NCBI GenBank assembly: GCA_010356995.1
Contig: ML996710.1
Coordinates: 30,455-94,454, forward strand
Length of the DNA: 64,000 nucleotides
Source: Trichodelitschia bisporula
Taxonomy: Eukaryota
Reading direction: 5' to 3'
Positions 61,486 to 64,000 of the stretch are shown here, piece by piece. Under the pieces are notes generated by a model that had not been told where the DNA came from, did no database searches, and saw nothing but the letters and a program-made list of their open reading frames with translations. Each line of letters starts with the position of its first letter. Position 1 is the first letter of the stretch. Both the position numbers and the translations under genes were made by a program.

Positions 61486-61985
61486 ATCGATTACGTGAGC
61501 CATGTTGTAATTAAAATAATAACTAAGTGGTAAAGTAGGTGGGTGAGGGTGGGGCTTGGAAGGGGGGGTTTGCGGAGATGGACGGAGGGGAGAAAGTGGT
61601 GAGGGTGGGGATTGGGGGAGTGAGGGAGCTGGAGTTGCGGAAGGCAAAGGTGATTCGTTCCAATGTCGGAGGATGGAACAAGAGGGGGATGTGGTTGGCC
61701 ACCGCGGAGAAGGCAGGCCTGGGTAAATGGAGGTGCGGTCGATGCCGCGGGTATTGCCTTGTTTCATGGCAGAGGATCAAACAGGAGACAAATCACGCAT
61801 ATCATGCTGCCCACGGAAAGCAAAGAATCATTCGCTATCTAACCGGGTCCGTCCGAAACCGTCATGGGTATATCCGCCTTGCGCCGTAAACAAACCATTC
61901 ATCCATGTGTCCATCGCTATGACCATCGTCTTGAATATTTACACCTACGAGCGCAATTCCCCCGTCCTCCGCAAGAGTCCTCCGC

Positions 61986-62927
61986 CTAGACCGCCGGGCG
62001 GCGGCGCCGACGGAACACCGGAGCCCCGTCGATCAAGCGCAAGAGAGCCCACCCCGTAAACAGGCCGAACGGAATCGTAAGTCCGAGACCCAGGGCCACG
62101 GCACGGTGCGCGAACTCCGACGAGATTTGCTTGCTGGAGTACAGAGCGCCGTCGGGGGAGAGAGGGTCGACATAGGGGCCGGTGCTGGTGGGGAGGAGGC
62201 AGGTGGTGAGACTGGCGCTTGTGGTGATGGTGGGTGGAGCGTCGGTGGGGATGATTGGGAGGTCCGTGTCCGTGTCTGTATTGAGCGTTTCCTGGGAGAT
62301 GGATGTGCTGAGCGTTGTCGAGGGCGACGTCGAGGAGGACGGCACAACGACCGACACGACCGACGACTGCTGGCCAGGCGGAGCGGACGACGACACGGCC
62401 ACAATCACGCTGGACGACTTAACCGGCTCCGGGGCCACAACCGACACCGACGACACTGCGGCCGCCGAAGTCTCGACCTTGCTAATCTTAAAGACCGACT
62501 TCGTCCCCGGCGTCGGCTTAACCATGCTCGCCTCCACCGTGTGCCCCTCCGCACCACCGCCCGACTCATGAATGGCATCAAAAGGCGGAAGCAGCTTCGG
62601 CATGTTGCTCGCAGTGACCGTGCTCTGCTCCGGCTTGATCTTGACCATACCCGTAACCACGGCGGAGACGATGCGCGTGGTTTCCTGCAGGGAGAGGGCT
62701 GAGGCGAAGACGGCGGCGGGCGGCGCCATGGGAGCTGCGGCGGGCGGGATGGATGCGGCCTCTTTGTGGGTGCGGGAGGCGGGGATGGTGGTGGCCTTTG
62801 GCGAGGGGGCCGGCTCCTCGCTGGCGTAGGTGAAGAGGGCGGACGGTGCGTTGGTGTAGATGGAGAGGGCGTTTTGCGCGGACATGTTTGCGGGTGGTTG
62901 TGAGAGTTTGGTGGCGGTGGGGGGCAT
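61986..62927 (-). CDS. Ser/Thr/Pro-rich protein with one C-terminal transmembrane helix; probably has further 5' exons
   Basis: 313-aa ORF ending in AVALGLGLTIPFGLFTGWALL plus a basic tail; CAG acceptor immediately before the ORF and a GTAAGT donor near 63067. Confidence 0.65.
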   Translation of the reverse strand: MPPTATKLSQPPANMSAQNALSIYTNAPSALFTYASEEPAPSPKATTIPASRTHKEAASIPPAAAPMAPPAAVFASALSLQETTRIVSAVVTGMVKIKPEQSTVTASNMPKLLPPFDAIHESGGGAEGHTVEASMVKPTPGTKSVFKISKVETSAAAVSSVSVVAPEPVKSSSVIVAVSSSAPPGQQSSVVSVVVPSSSTSPSTTLSTSISQETLNTDTDTDLPIIPTDAPPTITTSASLTTCLLPTSTGPYVDPLSPDGALYSSKQISSEFAHRAVALGLGLTIPFGLFTGWALLRLIDGAPVFRRRRRPAV

Positions 62928-64000
62928 CTGGGTGGGTTGGTGAGCGGAGTCTCGGGAATGGGTGAGGGAGCGTGTGGGGATGTGGGGGAGAGAGTTGGTG
63001 AATGCGGTGGAGGAGGGAGTTTGTGGGCGGCGGAGGAGGGGGCGCTTGTTCCGGAAGCAAACTTACATGTACGGCGGCGGGCGGCCCGGAAATAATCCAG
63101 GTCCGGTATAGTCTGATGGTGGAGTTAGATGGTGGTGTTAAGGCTGATGTCGGTTGGGCTGTATGATGGATTCATAGAAGGGTAAGTGTTTGCCTCTCCG
63201 GCAAGTTCGAAGGCCGCCATGCTATAAGTTTGGTGTATGGTACTCGGCTCGGCCTAGTCTAGTGCGGAAGTGGAAATCATAGAAGGTAGGTCTCAAAATC
63301 GGCCTTGCTGTCCACGGGCCAACAGGACCTTCGGTATAGATGCGCCGGTGATGTTTATATCTGTAAGATCCAGCCGCCGCAGATTCCGGTGACTTGCTGA
63401 GCTTGACGTCCTCCGAGGCGGGGTTTCGGTCGGACTCCAAATGAACGGCAGACGAAGGCTGGTATATATCTAGAACGTTAGTAATTCCACGCTGTCAAAA
63501 ACGCAGGGCTCTTCCCCGCGTTTGTCATGGTATTCGCGCAGCTTTTTTATGAATTCCTCATATTCTGGCGTTTTCTCGATGGCTACGGATGGACCGGCCA
63601 CCGAGCTGCGGCGCGGAGGTATCGTAAATAAACGTATATATACTTAAGAATGTTGAGTAACGTAAGTTAGCTCCGGACAGCTAGGAAGTTTACAATCTGA
63701 GGGATGGTTGATGGTTTTGACGTTGCTGAAGGGTGTAGCGCATTCGGGCGCAAAATATGGATCTGCGGCCGTCGAATGTCGTAACCGTGGTTGTATATAG
63801 AGCGACTACGGCCGCCGCCGCCGCCGCAATTGCCGTTGAAGCCTCGATGATAGGCATTGCGGTCGCAACAATAGCCGAACTGGTTGTCACTACGATAATT
63901 AGTACTATTGGACGGAGAAGTTCCCCCTTACATCTCATATTCCTTATTACTGGAGAGGGAAAGCTCGGAGGAGTCGGAAGTTTGGTACCTGTATGGAGAT

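Overview
GC-rich filamentous ascomycete (Pezizomycotina-type) genomic DNA with short, mostly 43-60 nt introns (GT...CTAAC/CTGAC...AG). Recognisable genes: a 5'-truncated cutinase, a degenerate beta-carbonic anhydrase, a BBE-like FAD oxidase, a Kex2-type secreted protein, an SDR, a CE4 deacetylase with CBM18, a Uma2-like PD-(D/E)XK protein, a GH114 enzyme, an ABM-fold protein, a QDE-2-type Argonaute, tRNA-Thr(AGU) and tRNA-Pro(UGG). Decayed, RIP-like gene relics lie between them, especially at 7-15 kb. The most unusual structure is a head-to-head array of about 15 small, intron-poor, helical-looking paralogues at 42.0-52.4 kb: 6 on the - strand and 9 on the + strand with a ~560-800 bp period. 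Most share a D-F-x-D/E-D-like motif, and the array ends ~4 kb upstream of the Argonaute. Eight + arm copies carry a conserved phase-0 intron with an AAG acceptor that the ORF track misses; splicing it repairs several apparent frameshifts. Two ~141-bp solo LTRs with perfect 5-bp target-site duplications sit in and beside the array. All assignments come from reading the sequence by hand; no database searches were run.
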